Source: Eubacteriales bacterium
GTDB taxonomy: Bacteria; Bacillota; Clostridia; Oscillospirales; CAG-382
NCBI GenBank assembly: GCA_045636665.1
Contig: JAZTXY010000130.1
Coordinates: forward strand, 1 to 58,028
DNA: 58,028 nt
Direction: 5' to 3'
Within the stretch, counting starts at the first letter, position 1. Each line of letters opens with the position of its first letter. Made by a program: the position numbers and the translations under genes. Positions 17,021 through 27,242 of this stretch are shown one piece after another. The notes beneath the pieces were generated by a model. The model was not told where the DNA came from. It searched no databases and worked only from the letters and a program-made list of their open reading frames with translations.

Positions 17021-18760
17021 TTAATTTACTCGGTTGTAAAGACCGGCATAAATACCGCCCTTTGCCAAGAGCTGTTCGTGGTTGCCGCGTTCGGCAATAC
17101 CGTCTTGGTTGATGACTAAAATTTCATCGGCGTTTTGGATTGTAGAGAGTCGGTGGGCGACTACGATAACAGTTCTGCCCTTTGCAAGACGGTCGAGAGA
17201 TTGTTGGATTTGCATTTCAGTCACGTTATCGAGCGCGCTTGTCGCTTCGTCGAGAATGAGTATCGGCGGATTTTTAAGAAATACGCGCGCGATGGAAATT
17301 CTTTGCTTCTGACCGCCCGAAAGGTTGATTCCTCTTTCGCCTACCAAGGTGTCATAGCCCTTTTCAAGCGTCATTATGTAATCGTGGATATTGGCGCGCT
17401 TTGCCGCTTCGACGATTTCGTCATCGGTCGCATCAAGGTTGCCATAGGCAATATTTTCACGCACCGTACCCGAAAACAGGAACACGTCCTGCGCTACGAT
17501 GCCGATGTTTTTGCGGAGAGAATAGCGAGAAAGCTCGGTTATATCGATTCCGTCGATAGTGATTTTACCGCCGTCAAGCTCGTAAAAGCGCGGTATAAGG
17601 TTGCAAAGCGTTGTTTTGCCGCCGCCCGAGGGGCCGACAAGCGCAACGGTTTTGCCCGAATCGATGGAAAGCGAAAGGTTTTTCAAAACGCCCTTGCCGG
17701 TGTCACCGGTAGGATAAGAAAAGGTTACCTCGGAAAAGACGATATCGCCCTTTGCATTTTCAAGCACCTTTGCGTTTTCGGTTTCGGGCTCGTCGGGCTT
17801 TTCCATAATTTCACGGAATCGCGAAAAGCCGGTCATACCGTTTTGAAGCTGCTCGAAAAGTGAAATAAAGCGGTTGATAGGCTTTAAAAGCATTGCCATA
17901 TAAAGGATGAATGCAGCAAATTCGCCGCTGTCGATTGCAAATTTGCTTTCGGGAGAAACGAAGCCGTTATAGAAGAACAATCCGCCTGCAACAAGCGCGG
18001 CAAGATAGAGAAAATCGGTGAAGAAGGTCATTGCGGAATGGAATTGTCCCATCGCCTTATAGGCAAATCCGCGCGCGGTTTTGTATTTTTCGTTCGCCTT
18101 ATCGAACTTTGCGTTTTCGTGAGATTCGCAGGTATAGGCGCGAGAAACGCGGATGCCCGAAATCGAGGTTTCGACGTTTGCGTTGACCTCGGCAACCTCC
18201 TCGCGCGTTTTGGTGAACGCATCCTTCATTCTCTTTCGCATTTTTACCGAGAAGAAAACAACGAAAGGAATGAGCGCGTAGATAATAAGCGTCAACCAAA
18301 CGTTTATCGTCGAAAGCGCGATAAACGAGCCTATAAACATTATTATCGAAAGGAAAAGGTCCTCGGGGCCGTGGTGGGCAAGCTCGGAAACGTCCATAAG
18401 GTCGTTAACAAGACGCGAAAGGATTGTACCCGTTTTGTTCTCATCGAAAAAGGAAAAGGGTAATTTTTGGAGCTTTTTGAACATATCGCGACGCATATCG
18501 CCCTGCATTCTTACGCCGACGACGTGTCCCCAATAGGAAACGATATAGTTAAGCACCATTTTTGCAAGATAGAGCGCCAAAATGATTCCCGCCCAGGTTA
18601 AAAGCAAACGCAGATTGCGGTTGGGCACGTAATCGTTGATGATGTTTTTCGTGATAATGGGATAAAAAAGGTCGGTTAAAGCGATAAGGAAGGAACAGAA
18701 CATATCGAACATAAACAGCTTTTTATGCGGTTTGTAGTACTTGATAAATTCTCGTATCAT
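17021..18760 (-). CDS. ABC exporter, fused permease/ATP-binding protein
   Basis: TM N-half, Walker A GPSGGGKTT, signature LSGGQKQR, Walker B ILILDEATSALD. Start MIREFIK after a GGAGA RBS. Confidence 0.95.
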   Translation of the reverse strand: MIREFIKYYKPHKKLFMFDMFCSFLIALTDLFYPIITKNIINDYVPNRNLRLLLTWAGIILALYLAKMVLNYIVSYWGHVVGVRMQGDMRRDMFKKLQKLPFSFFDENKTGTILSRLVNDLMDVSELAHHGPEDLFLSIIMFIGSFIALSTINVWLTLIIYALIPFVVFFSVKMRKRMKDAFTKTREEVAEVNANVETSISGIRVSRAYTCESHENAKFDKANEKYKTARGFAYKAMGQFHSAMTFFTDFLYLAALVAGGLFFYNGFVSPESKFAIDSGEFAAFILYMAMLLKPINRFISLFEQLQNGMTGFSRFREIMEKPDEPETENAKVLENAKGDIVFSEVTFSYPTGDTGKGVLKNLSLSIDSGKTVALVGPSGGGKTTLCNLIPRFYELDGGKITIDGIDITELSRYSLRKNIGIVAQDVFLFSGTVRENIAYGNLDATDDEIVEAAKRANIHDYIMTLEKGYDTLVGERGINLSGGQKQRISIARVFLKNPPILILDEATSALDNVTEMQIQQSLDRLAKGRTVIVVAHRLSTIQNADEILVINQDGIAERGNHEQLLAKGGIYAGLYNRVN

Positions 18761-18862
18761 ATTTTTCTTCTCCCCAAATTTTTTCTCATTATAATTATAC
18801 ATTTTTAAGGGATTTTGTCAATAAAAAAGGATTTCCCGATTAAAGGAAATCCTTCAAGGTGC

Positions 18863-19357
18863 TTATTCAACGTCAAATCTTGAAACGTAAGGCTTTTCTT
18901 CCTCGGCTTCACAATCGTTATCACGTTTGGGGTCGGGCCCGAATTTGTTTTTGCCGACCGTGCCTGCCGAAGCCATCCAAACGATAAAGATGATCGAGCA
19001 CGCCAATGAAACAACCGAGTTCAAAATACCGCCCAAGCCGACAAGAGCAAGGATACCCGAAACGACGTAGGGCAGATATTTGATGAACACGTGGAAAATA
19101 CCCCTGCCGGTGTCGTGCAACCTTCTTATCGTAATCGCCAAGGTAGGAACGAGTGAAAGTAACATATATGCAATGCAAATTAACCAAGCGAAAACGGTGA
19201 TGGTCGTCGATGCAAAATAGGAGCAAAGCAGGGCTATTCCCAAGCTTCCGTACGCAACTATCATATCGCAAACAGAGTAAAGCCAATAATCCCTTCTTCT
19301 TGTACGTCCGTCCCAATGCTTCCACATTTTCAGTCCGTTGATATACGCTTTAATCAA
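18863..19357 (-). CDS. DUF805-family membrane protein
   Basis: GRTRRRDYW, LAITIRRLHDTGR, GKNKFGPDP. GGAGG RBS with TTG start. Confidence 0.9.
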   Translation of the reverse strand: MIKAYINGLKMWKHWDGRTRRRDYWLYSVCDMIVAYGSLGIALLCSYFASTTITVFAWLICIAYMLLSLVPTLAITIRRLHDTGRGIFHVFIKYLPYVVSGILALVGLGGILNSVVSLACSIIFIVWMASAGTVGKNKFGPDPKRDNDCEAEEEKPYVSRFDVE

Positions 19358-19390
19358 AATAAATTCCTCCCTTTTTTCAAGCGTTGCCTG

Positions 19391-19419
19391 ATTGTATCAC
19401 ACAATCAGATGATTGTCAA
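19391..19419 (-). promoter_or_regulatory. SigmaA promoter of the DUF805 gene
   Basis: Minus strand TTGACA-17 bp-TACAAT. Confidence 0.7.
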
Positions 19420-19458
19420 GACCTTTTGTAACAAATTTTTAATATTTTTGTCTTCCAC

Positions 19459-19487
19459 TTGACAAAACAAGGAAATCATTATATTAT
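19459..19487 (+). promoter_or_regulatory. SigmaA promoter of the oxidoreductase
   Basis: TTGACA-17 bp-TATTAT. Confidence 0.7.
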
Positions 19488-19536
19488 CAAGGTAGTGAAA
19501 TAATTTTGAAATGATTCACATAAAAAGGAGCAAACA

Positions 19537-20598
19537 ATGGAAAAATTAAGAGTTGCCATTATCGGCACAGGCGGTATCAGTAACAGCCATATGGGCGGTT
19601 ACAAAGCAATTCCCGACAAATGCGAAGTCGTTGCAGTCTGCGACCTGGACGAAGAAAAGGCGCAAAATTATGCAAAAAACTATAACGTGCCCGCATATTA
19701 TACCGATTTTAACGAAATGTTCGCAAAGGAAAAGATTGATGCCGTTTCGGTTTGTACCTGGAACTCCTCGCACGCGCCCGCAACCATCGCCGCGCTTAAC
19801 GCAGGTTGCCACGTTATTTGCGAAAAGCCGATGGCTATGAATACCGAAGAAGCAGAAGCAATGCTTGCCGCTTCAAAGGCAAACAACAAGGTGCTTATGG
19901 TTGGCTTCGTTCGCCGTTTCGGTAACGATGCAGACCTTATCCGTCAATTCAGCGACGGCGGTACTTTGGGCGACCTTTATTATGCAAAAGCAACCTATCT
20001 TCGCCGTAACGGCTGCCCCGGCGGCTGGGTTGGCGATAAGGAATATGCAGGCGGCGGTCCTCTTATCGACCTCGGCGTGCACGTTATCGACCTTGTTCGC
20101 TTCCTCGCAGGTAACCCCAAACCCGTTTCGGCTTACGGCGTAACCTATAACAACCTCGACCCCAACCGCGCAGGCGGCGGTCAAAGCTGGGTTTCCACAA
20201 CAAAAGGTCACGACTTCAAATATGACGTTGAAGAAATGGCTGCCGCAATGATTCGCTTTGATAACGGTCTTACCCTTTCGGTTGAAGCTTCATTTAAGCT
20301 CAACATTAAGAACGACCGCGGCGAAATCGAGCTTTTCGGTACCAAAGCAGGCGCGAAGATCGATCCGCAGGTTGAATTCTTCAGCGATATGAACGGCAGA
20401 TTCGTTAACATTAAGCCGAGCGGCGATACCGCGCTTTCCTTCGACGGTCTTTTCGCTCGCGAAATCAACCACTTTGTTGAATGCTGCTTCGGCAACTGCG
20501 AATGCATCGCTCCTGCAGAGGACGGCGTTGTTCTTATGAAGATACTCGACGCTATTTACGAATCGGCAAGAACCGGACACGAAGTAATTATTAAATAA
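19537..20598 (+). CDS. Gfo/Idh/MocA-family oxidoreductase
   Basis: IIGTGGIS Rossmann motif, CEKPMA, GGGPLIDLGVHVID. Confidence 0.95.
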   Translation: MEKLRVAIIGTGGISNSHMGGYKAIPDKCEVVAVCDLDEEKAQNYAKNYNVPAYYTDFNEMFAKEKIDAVSVCTWNSSHAPATIAALNAGCHVICEKPMAMNTEEAEAMLAASKANNKVLMVGFVRRFGNDADLIRQFSDGGTLGDLYYAKATYLRRNGCPGGWVGDKEYAGGGPLIDLGVHVIDLVRFLAGNPKPVSAYGVTYNNLDPNRAGGGQSWVSTTKGHDFKYDVEEMAAAMIRFDNGLTLSVEASFKLNIKNDRGEIELFGTKAGAKIDPQVEFFSDMNGRFVNIKPSGDTALSFDGLFAREINHFVECCFGNCECIAPAEDGVVLMKILDAIYESARTGHEVIIK

Positions 20599-20624
20599 TC
20601 GCTTTACTCTTAATGAAATACGAC

Positions 20625-20731
20625 AGAACAGAGAATTTTTTCTCTGTTCTTTCTTTTTTGCGAAAAATATTTCACGAAAACGGTTTGGGCGCAAGAAAAA
20701 GAACAGAGAAGCTTTTCGTTCTCTGTTCTTT
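20625..20731. repeat. Paired AGAACAGAGAA..TTCTCTGTTCT hairpins (REP-like doublet / bidirectional terminator)
   Basis: Hairpins at 20625-20650 and 20698-20731; related hairpin at 49928-49957. Confidence 0.7.
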
Positions 20732-20736
20732 GTGGG

Positions 20737-21417
20737 TTATTGGTTATTCTTTTGTTGTTTTCTGTCGTAAATGCGTTCACCGAAGTATCCGATCAGCGCA
20801 ACCGCAACAGCAACGGCGATGCCGGCATAAACGTCGAGGATGCTGTGCTGCTTGATAAATACGGTGGATGCCGCTATCATCACACACCAGATGCCCGTAA
20901 GAATCTTCGCATAAAGCTTTTTGCACATGGTTTTGCTTTGCAAAATTACGAAAAGCATTGCAAATGAGATTGAAACGTGCATGGATGGCATTACGTTTCT
21001 CGGCGGTGTATCGGCATCATAAATTATCTTTACCATATCGATTGCGAAGTTATCTCTGCCAAGCGCCGCAAAATCGGGACGAAGCGCCTCGTCAATGCCG
21101 TTGGGGATAAAGGTGCAGATAAGCATCGGTATCAGCATCGCGCCGATAAGCACAAGGTTTGACCGCAAAAATTCACGTCTGTCGCTTTTGAATAGCGGAT
21201 AGATAACTATTGCCGCGATGCAGAAATACCAAGTGCAGTAAGGGATGATAAACCATTCGCAAAACGGAATTTTTGCATCGAGCGGACTTTCAATAAGCAA
21301 CACCTTATCGTCAAGAAAACCGATACGTAAAAGCTCGTACCATATCGAATGGAACGGCCAATACAGCAATATCAGGCTGTATTTATGCGTTGTTATGTAA
21401 TCTTTAATTAATTTCAT
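20737..21417 (-). CDS. PAP2-superfamily membrane phosphatase/phosphotransferase
   Basis: NVMPSMHV and KQHSILDV motifs; multiple TM helices. Confidence 0.85.
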   Translation of the reverse strand: MKLIKDYITTHKYSLILLYWPFHSIWYELLRIGFLDDKVLLIESPLDAKIPFCEWFIIPYCTWYFCIAAIVIYPLFKSDRREFLRSNLVLIGAMLIPMLICTFIPNGIDEALRPDFAALGRDNFAIDMVKIIYDADTPPRNVMPSMHVSISFAMLFVILQSKTMCKKLYAKILTGIWCVMIAASTVFIKQHSILDVYAGIAVAVAVALIGYFGERIYDRKQQKNNQ

Positions 21418-21486
21418 AATATGCCTCGAATGTCGGCGATTGTCGAATTACGTAATTATATCACGATTCGTTCGGTTTTTCAAGGG

Positions 21487-22362
21487 TTACATATAAAGCT
21501 TTAAGGTTTTCTCGATCCAATAATCAAATTCCGCGCTCGGACACAGCTTTTCCAATTCCTTAAAACGCTTGTATGAATCTATTCCGTCGGTCGGGTCGTG
21601 CCAGATATCGGCAAAGATATAGTCGAAATTATACCTGCTTGCCTCTTTTTCGGCAAATTCAAAGGCGTCGGCACAAACGATTTTTATTTTTTCGGGATTT
21701 GTAAAGCAGGGCAAAATAAGCTCGTTAAAAAGCGATATGACCGATTCGTCCCTTTCGACGATTGTTACGCTTTCAACCTCGCCCTTCCTTGCGCACATAA
21801 ACGCAAAATAACCGAGTCCGAGCCCATAGGTGCAAACCCTTCCCTTCGCCTTTTGTATCGGCAAACGTTGGGTGACGATTTCGTTTGGCATCATCGTCAT
21901 CCATTCCCTGCCGTTTTGAAGCACCGAAAGGAATTTGAATTCTCGGTCGAAATAGCCGATTTGGGGAATTACCCGTCCGTCGGGCAGAGTCAAGGGGTCG
22001 TCGCAGACAAAAGCTGTAAAGGGTGTCAGCGTGTCCTCGCGAAGCTCCCATTCGTTAACGCTTTTTCCGTTTTTGATGCGTACCGCCTTGTAAAATTCAT
22101 CGTTGGTGAAATATCCGTCGTCAAGATGATGAAGCATCAAGGGCGAATAGCTTTCCCAAAGAATGCGGTCGGATTCGATATCGGTGTCGAAGCCCAATGC
22201 CGCGCAAAGCAGAAGCGAATAGGCGTTTTCGACGGTAAGACCGTAGCTTTCGGTCAGCTCACGCACCATTTCCTCGGTAATAAAATCGGGCTTGTTGTTT
22301 AGAAGTAATGCGAGGCGGTCGAAAATTATGCCGTTTGAGCTTTTTATCTCGTCATAGGTCAT
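21487..22362 (-). CDS. Class I SAM-dependent methyltransferase-fold protein (spermidine-synthase-like)
   Basis: VCTYGLGLGY, VTIVERD, CADAF, FADIWHD. Confidence 0.7.
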   Translation of the reverse strand: MTYDEIKSSNGIIFDRLALLLNNKPDFITEEMVRELTESYGLTVENAYSLLLCAALGFDTDIESDRILWESYSPLMLHHLDDGYFTNDEFYKAVRIKNGKSVNEWELREDTLTPFTAFVCDDPLTLPDGRVIPQIGYFDREFKFLSVLQNGREWMTMMPNEIVTQRLPIQKAKGRVCTYGLGLGYFAFMCARKGEVESVTIVERDESVISLFNELILPCFTNPEKIKIVCADAFEFAEKEASRYNFDYIFADIWHDPTDGIDSYKRFKELEKLCPSAEFDYWIEKTLKLYM

Positions 22363-23747
22363 ATTCTCACCTCGGTCATACCAAGCATCCTTTTACGCTT
22401 GCGTAAAATAATGACGAAGCAGGTAAAGTGCGCCGCAGTCGTTATAAGCCAAGTCGCAGGATAGGAAATATAAAGTATTTCGATTTGATGAAGCTGTGCA
22501 AACACGGTATATATCCAAATAACGCGCAACAGACACGAGCCGACAAGTGAAACGATTGCCGAAACGAGCGAAGCGCCCAAGCCGCGCAGCATACCCGACA
22601 TAACCTCCATCATACCGCAAAGGCAATAAGGCGCGCCGACGATAAGCAATCTTGTCATACCGACACGCATTGTTTCGCTCGTTTCAACGGTGCCCTCGAC
22701 ACCGAAAAGACCGAGCAGCTGCGGTCCGAAAAGGTAACACGCGCCGCCGAGTATCACACCGAGCACGACGACCATTCCCAAGCATTCGGCACAGACCTTT
22801 TTGATGCGGTCAAAACGCAACGCGCCTGCATTTTGTCCTGCGAACGCAAGGGCGGCGTGATAAAGCGAGTTCATCGCGATGTAAATAAGTCCGTCGATGT
22901 TTGCCGCCGCGGTGTTTGCCGCCATCGTTGCGGGGCCAAAGCTGTTTATCGACGATTGAATAAGCACGTTCGAAACCGAGAAAAGACATCCCTGCACACC
23001 TGCGGGCACACCGATTTTGATTATCTTTATCAGCTTATCGCGACGGATATAGAGATGCTTTATATCGAGCTTGCAATAATCGTCAAGCTTGGTAAGATAA
23101 CGCAAAACAAGGAAAGCCGAAAGGTATTGTGAAATTATCGTCGCAAGAGCAACACCCAAAACGTCGAGATGGAAGGCAACCACGAAAATAAAGTTAAGAC
23201 CGACGTTTACCGCGCCCGAAGCCAAAAGAAAATAAAACGGCCGTTTCGTATCGCCGCGCGCGTTGATTATCGCCGCGCCGTAGTTATATGCCATCTGCGC
23301 AGGCATTCCGAGGAATATCGTACGCATATAAACCGTCGATTGACCGATAACAGTTTCGGGCACACCCATCAAGCCAAGCAACGGCTCGGCGGCGAAAAAG
23401 CCGAAAATCGAAATGATAATGCCCAAAATGCCCGACAGAGATACCGAGGTGTGAACGATGTCCTTGACCTGCTCATCCTTGCCCGAGCCGAATGCGTGAG
23501 AGATAGAAACGTTTGCGCCGACCGCAAGACCGATGAAAAGACCGGTTATAAGCGCAGATATCGAGCCGGTCGAGCCGACCGCCGCCAAAGCGGTTTCGCC
23601 ATCCTCGGCAAAGCGTCCGACGATAACAGTATCGGCAGAGTTATAAAGGAATTGCAAAACACCCGTACCCAAAACGGGCAGAGCATATTTTAATATATTT
23701 TTGAATATCGGCCCTTCGGTCATATTCATTCTTGTATTAGTCGCCAT
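22359..23747 (-). CDS. MATE-family efflux transporter
   Basis: NMTEGPIFKNILKYALP, LYNSADTVIVGRF, GDTKRP; about 12 TM. Confidence 0.95.
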   Translation of the reverse strand: MATNTRMNMTEGPIFKNILKYALPVLGTGVLQFLYNSADTVIVGRFAEDGETALAAVGSTGSISALITGLFIGLAVGANVSISHAFGSGKDEQVKDIVHTSVSLSGILGIIISIFGFFAAEPLLGLMGVPETVIGQSTVYMRTIFLGMPAQMAYNYGAAIINARGDTKRPFYFLLASGAVNVGLNFIFVVAFHLDVLGVALATIISQYLSAFLVLRYLTKLDDYCKLDIKHLYIRRDKLIKIIKIGVPAGVQGCLFSVSNVLIQSSINSFGPATMAANTAAANIDGLIYIAMNSLYHAALAFAGQNAGALRFDRIKKVCAECLGMVVVLGVILGGACYLFGPQLLGLFGVEGTVETSETMRVGMTRLLIVGAPYCLCGMMEVMSGMLRGLGASLVSAIVSLVGSCLLRVIWIYTVFAQLHQIEILYISYPATWLITTAAHFTCFVIILRKRKRMLGMTEVRI

Positions 23748-23979
23748 AATCTTGCTCCCAACAGCAAATTTCAACTAAATTATATTCCTTTTGACCTTAA
23801 AGTCAAGGAATTTCGGCAGATATTAATTTTTCTCCGAAACTGCCAAAAAAACCTTGTCCGAAAAAGCTCTTTTTGAGTTACTTAATATATGAAAACCAAT
23901 CAAGTCGACAGCTTGACAAAAGCAGAATAGCGCGAAAAAACACTCTCCGAGCAAAAACGGAGAGTTTTTTGCCGTTTTG

Positions 23980-24032
23980 ATAACAAATCTATTACAAACC
24001 CGTTTTAAAATGCAATTAAAATATGATATAAT
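23980..24032 (+). promoter_or_regulatory. Response-regulator promoter with tandem WTWACAA box
   Basis: ATAACAA-N4-ATTACAA (23980-23997) and TGATATAAT (24024-24032). Confidence 0.6.
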
Positions 24033-24064
24033 AAACGTGTATAACGTAAAAAGGCGGTGAAAAA

Positions 24065-24712
24065 ATGGCAAGAATACTTATTGTGGAGGACGAGCGTCCG
24101 ATACGCAATCTGATACAGCGCAATTTAGAGCTTATCGGTCACACCTGCGTCGGAGTGGGTGACGGCGCATCGGCTCTTGAGCTTATGGCGGGCGAGGTTT
24201 TTGACCTGCTTATATTTGATATTATGCTTCCCGGTGTTTCGGGGTTTGAGCTTATCGGTCACGCAGACGGCACACCGACGATATTCGTAACCGCGAAGGA
24301 GGGCATTAACGACCGATTGAAGGGTCTTTCGCTCGGCGCGGACGATTATATCGTCAAGCCCTTTGAAATTCAGGAGCTTATATTGCGTGTACGCGCGGTT
24401 TTAAGAAGAACCAAAAAGGATGACAAGAAATTGGATTTCGACGATATAGTTATCGATTTTTCGGCAAAAAAGGTTTTCAAAAACGGACTTGAGGCGATTC
24501 TTACACCAAAAGAATATTCACTTTTGGAAACGCTTGTGCTCAACCGAAACATAGCGCTCTCACGCGAGAAGCTGATAAGCTTGGTTTGGGGCTTCGATTA
24601 CGAGGGTGACACGCGCACTGTCGACGTGCATATCCGTCAGCTTCGCGCAAAGCTTGGGCTTACAAACCGACTTAAAACCCTTTATAAGACCGGATATAGG
24701 TTTGAGCTATGA
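24065..24712 (+). CDS. OmpR/PhoB-family response regulator
   Basis: ILIVEDE, FDIMLPG, GADDYIVKPF, RTVDVHIRQLRAKL. Confidence 0.97.
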   Translation: MARILIVEDERPIRNLIQRNLELIGHTCVGVGDGASALELMAGEVFDLLIFDIMLPGVSGFELIGHADGTPTIFVTAKEGINDRLKGLSLGADDYIVKPFEIQELILRVRAVLRRTKKDDKKLDFDDIVIDFSAKKVFKNGLEAILTPKEYSLLETLVLNRNIALSREKLISLVWGFDYEGDTRTVDVHIRQLRAKLGLTNRLKTLYKTGYRFEL

Positions 24713-26067
24713 GATTTAAGGACAAAACTTATATAATCACCTTGGTTCTGTTTTTGCTTTTCCTTAACGCCGGTATATTCTCACTTGCCTATTACACCAA
24801 CAAAAAAAGCGTTACCGCGGCGTATGAACTATGCCATTCCGAGGCATCGGTCATCATCGAAGCGTTTGAGGATGATATTACCTATCTCGGGCCGAGCGGC
24901 AGACGGCAGATAATGTATTCCTACGGCGTTCATTACGTTCAAAAAAACATCGGCGTTTGCTTTGTTTCCGCCGAGGGCGAAACGGAATATACAAGCTTTC
25001 CGCAGGGACTTTTTATTCCGCCTGCGGGACAGAGCTCTACCCAAAGGTACGACGGTCGGCGAATTTACATTATTTCCCAAAGCATCGCCAACGGACAGTA
25101 CACCTTCACCTATGCAAAGGACCTGACCTATCTTGACGAGGATTTTGAAAGTATTTCCATTGTTTTCGTTATCACCTCGTTAGGCGCATCGGCGCTTTTG
25201 GCGGTCATTTTGTTTTTCGTTCTTCACAAGCTGTCGAGCCCTCTTGTGAAGCTGCGCGAGGCGACCGACGCAATATCCAACGGCAATTTCACAATCCGCG
25301 CCGACGATTCGGGCAAGGACGAATTTTCGTTGCTTGCGGCGGATTTCAACCGTATGGCAGAGCATATAAGCACTCAAATGCACGAGCTTGAGGACAGCGC
25401 AAAAATAAAGCAGCAGATGCTTGACAACCTCGCCCACGAAATGCGGACTCCGCTTACCTCGATACGCGGATATGCCGAATATCTTTTGAATGCCAATATA
25501 GATGAAAAGGAAAAAATCGAGGCAACCGAATTTATAATCACCGAATCCGAGCGCTTAAAGGCAATCGGCGAAAAGCTTTTAGACGATGCATTTATCCGCG
25601 AAAACGGAATAAAATGCGAAACCGCAAATCTCGGAAGCATCGTTGCCGACACGGCGAAGAAGCTTACGTTTTTTGCAAATAACAGCGGTGTGCAAATTGC
25701 CGTGAATGCACAAAACGCCGAATGCTTTTGTGATTCACTGCTTGTCGGAATGCTTCTTGCAAACCTTACCAATAACGCCATCAAGGCGTGCAAGGGCAAC
25801 GGAAAGGTCGTTTTGAGCTGCGGCACGAAGGACGGTCAGCCCTTCCTTTCGGTGAGCGACAACGGAGTCGGTATGACGAACGAGCAGATATCGCGCATTA
25901 CCGAACCGTTTTACCGCACCGACAAATCACGCGCTCGCAACGATGGCGGAACGGGACTCGGACTTGCGCTTTGCGACAGAATAGTCAAGGCTCACTCCGC
26001 ACGTCTTTGCTTTGAATCGGAATTGGGAAAAGGAACTACCGCCACCGTATATTTTACAACTTTATAA
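24709..26067 (+). CDS. HAMP-domain sensor histidine kinase
   Basis: Two TM, HAMP, LAHEMRTPLT H-box, NLTNNAIK, DNGVG, GGTGLGL. Confidence 0.97.
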   Translation: MRFKDKTYIITLVLFLLFLNAGIFSLAYYTNKKSVTAAYELCHSEASVIIEAFEDDITYLGPSGRRQIMYSYGVHYVQKNIGVCFVSAEGETEYTSFPQGLFIPPAGQSSTQRYDGRRIYIISQSIANGQYTFTYAKDLTYLDEDFESISIVFVITSLGASALLAVILFFVLHKLSSPLVKLREATDAISNGNFTIRADDSGKDEFSLLAADFNRMAEHISTQMHELEDSAKIKQQMLDNLAHEMRTPLTSIRGYAEYLLNANIDEKEKIEATEFIITESERLKAIGEKLLDDAFIRENGIKCETANLGSIVADTAKKLTFFANNSGVQIAVNAQNAECFCDSLLVGMLLANLTNNAIKACKGNGKVVLSCGTKDGQPFLSVSDNGVGMTNEQISRITEPFYRTDKSRARNDGGTGLGLALCDRIVKAHSARLCFESELGKGTTATVYFTTL

Positions 26068-26106
26068 CAAAACGAGAAAGACTTTAAAATATTCATCCTT
26101 TACTAT
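26053..26106 (+). promoter_or_regulatory. Promoter with tandem WTWACAA box (paralog 1)
   Basis: TTTACAA-N4-ATAACAA, with TACTAT 48 bp downstream of the first repeat start. Confidence 0.6.
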
Positions 26107-26133
26107 AGCGGTACAGAAAGGAGGAGTGTTTAA

Positions 26134-27000
26134 ATGAAAAGCAAAACACTCGCAATTATCACAGCGACCCTTATCACCGCGGCGGCACTTGTTTTAACGG
26201 CAAGTCTTTCGCTTCTTAACGGCGCGGCAATCGACATCAGCGACGCGATCGTTTCTGCGGCAGAGCCTGTAATCGACAACGGAATTGCCGACGATAACGT
26301 TGAAATCGAAGTCAACGTTGAAGACACCAACGACGTCGAGATCGACAACAACGTTGATGAAGAAATCTACGTTGAAACCGAAGAAAACGTTGAAGCTCCC
26401 GTTGAAAATGAAGCTCCCGTTGAAAACGAGCTCACTTTTGAATATCCCGTTTTTGAATACAAAACCGGTGATGCAAAAGAGGTTTATATCGACGGCGAAG
26501 ACATAAGCAACGGCGTAGTTATCGACGTTTATTCCCACAATACCGGCAAGCTGGTAGGTCAGCTCGCATTCACCTCCGAGGAGATCACACGTTATATCAG
26601 TTCGCTCAAGGCAGAGGAATTCAAGCCTGAAAACGAGCTTTGGATCGAAGAGAAAGTAAGCTGTGTTGCTCTTCCTGAAGGCGATTACAGAATCGAAGTC
26701 TATGCAGGCACTTGGTTCTCCTATACCTACGGTAAAAGCGGAATTTTCGAGCTTACACAGTGTACGCTCACCTTTGCAGGCGGTGAAAAGCTCACAGGCT
26801 ATATCGATTTCCTTATCGCAGACCTTATTGCCGATATAGAAGCCGGCCGTATCGAAGCGCCCGCTCCCGACATGGCTGTTTCCAAACTTATTTACGCAGG
26901 AATCGAAGGCTATTGGGAAGGCTATTACAACGACGTTTGCGATATGTATATCCCCGGCGCAGGCAGATGGTGTGAAAGATTCCCTTATATTCAGGAATAA
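26134..27000 (+). CDS. Acidic secreted/membrane-anchored hypothetical protein, tandem paralog 1
   Basis: AAAGGAGGAG RBS, hydrophobic N-terminus, D/E-rich linker, ends RFPYIQE. Confidence 0.85.
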   Translation: MKSKTLAIITATLITAAALVLTASLSLLNGAAIDISDAIVSAAEPVIDNGIADDNVEIEVNVEDTNDVEIDNNVDEEIYVETEENVEAPVENEAPVENELTFEYPVFEYKTGDAKEVYIDGEDISNGVVIDVYSHNTGKLVGQLAFTSEEITRYISSLKAEEFKPENELWIEEKVSCVALPEGDYRIEVYAGTWFSYTYGKSGIFELTQCTLTFAGGEKLTGYIDFLIADLIADIEAGRIEAPAPDMAVSKLIYAGIEGYWEGYYNDVCDMYIPGAGRWCERFPYIQE

Positions 27001-27057
27001 CCCTCCGCTCCTCATTTTTACAATATCGCATGAGCCCTCTCTTACTTCAGCGATAGC

Positions 27058-27090
27058 AAAACTGCCGAAGCAAATTGCTTCGGCAGTTTT
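27058..27090. terminator. Intrinsic terminator (duplicated at 28282-28312)
   Basis: AAAACTGCCGAAGCA-AAT-TGCTTCGGCAGTTTT. Confidence 0.8.
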
Positions 27091-27112
27091 TATTTTTATG
27101 TTAATTTGATCG

Positions 27113-27202
27113 TCAGGGCTTTTTTACGGTATCCTTGATGATGTCGTAAGCGAACTGTGCGAAGGGCTTATATGTATCGTCCTTCGGATGAAGTCTGTCG
27201 AC
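27113..27202 (-). pseudogene. Diverged 3'-end fragment of an SGNH hydrolase gene
   Basis: Translates VDRLHPKDDTYKPFAQFAYDIIKDTVKKP*, 19/29 identical by hand to the C-terminus of 28328-29473. Confidence 0.85.
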
Positions 27203-27242
27203 GGAAACGGAACGGTTGCCACAGGCGTTTTCAAATAAAACT

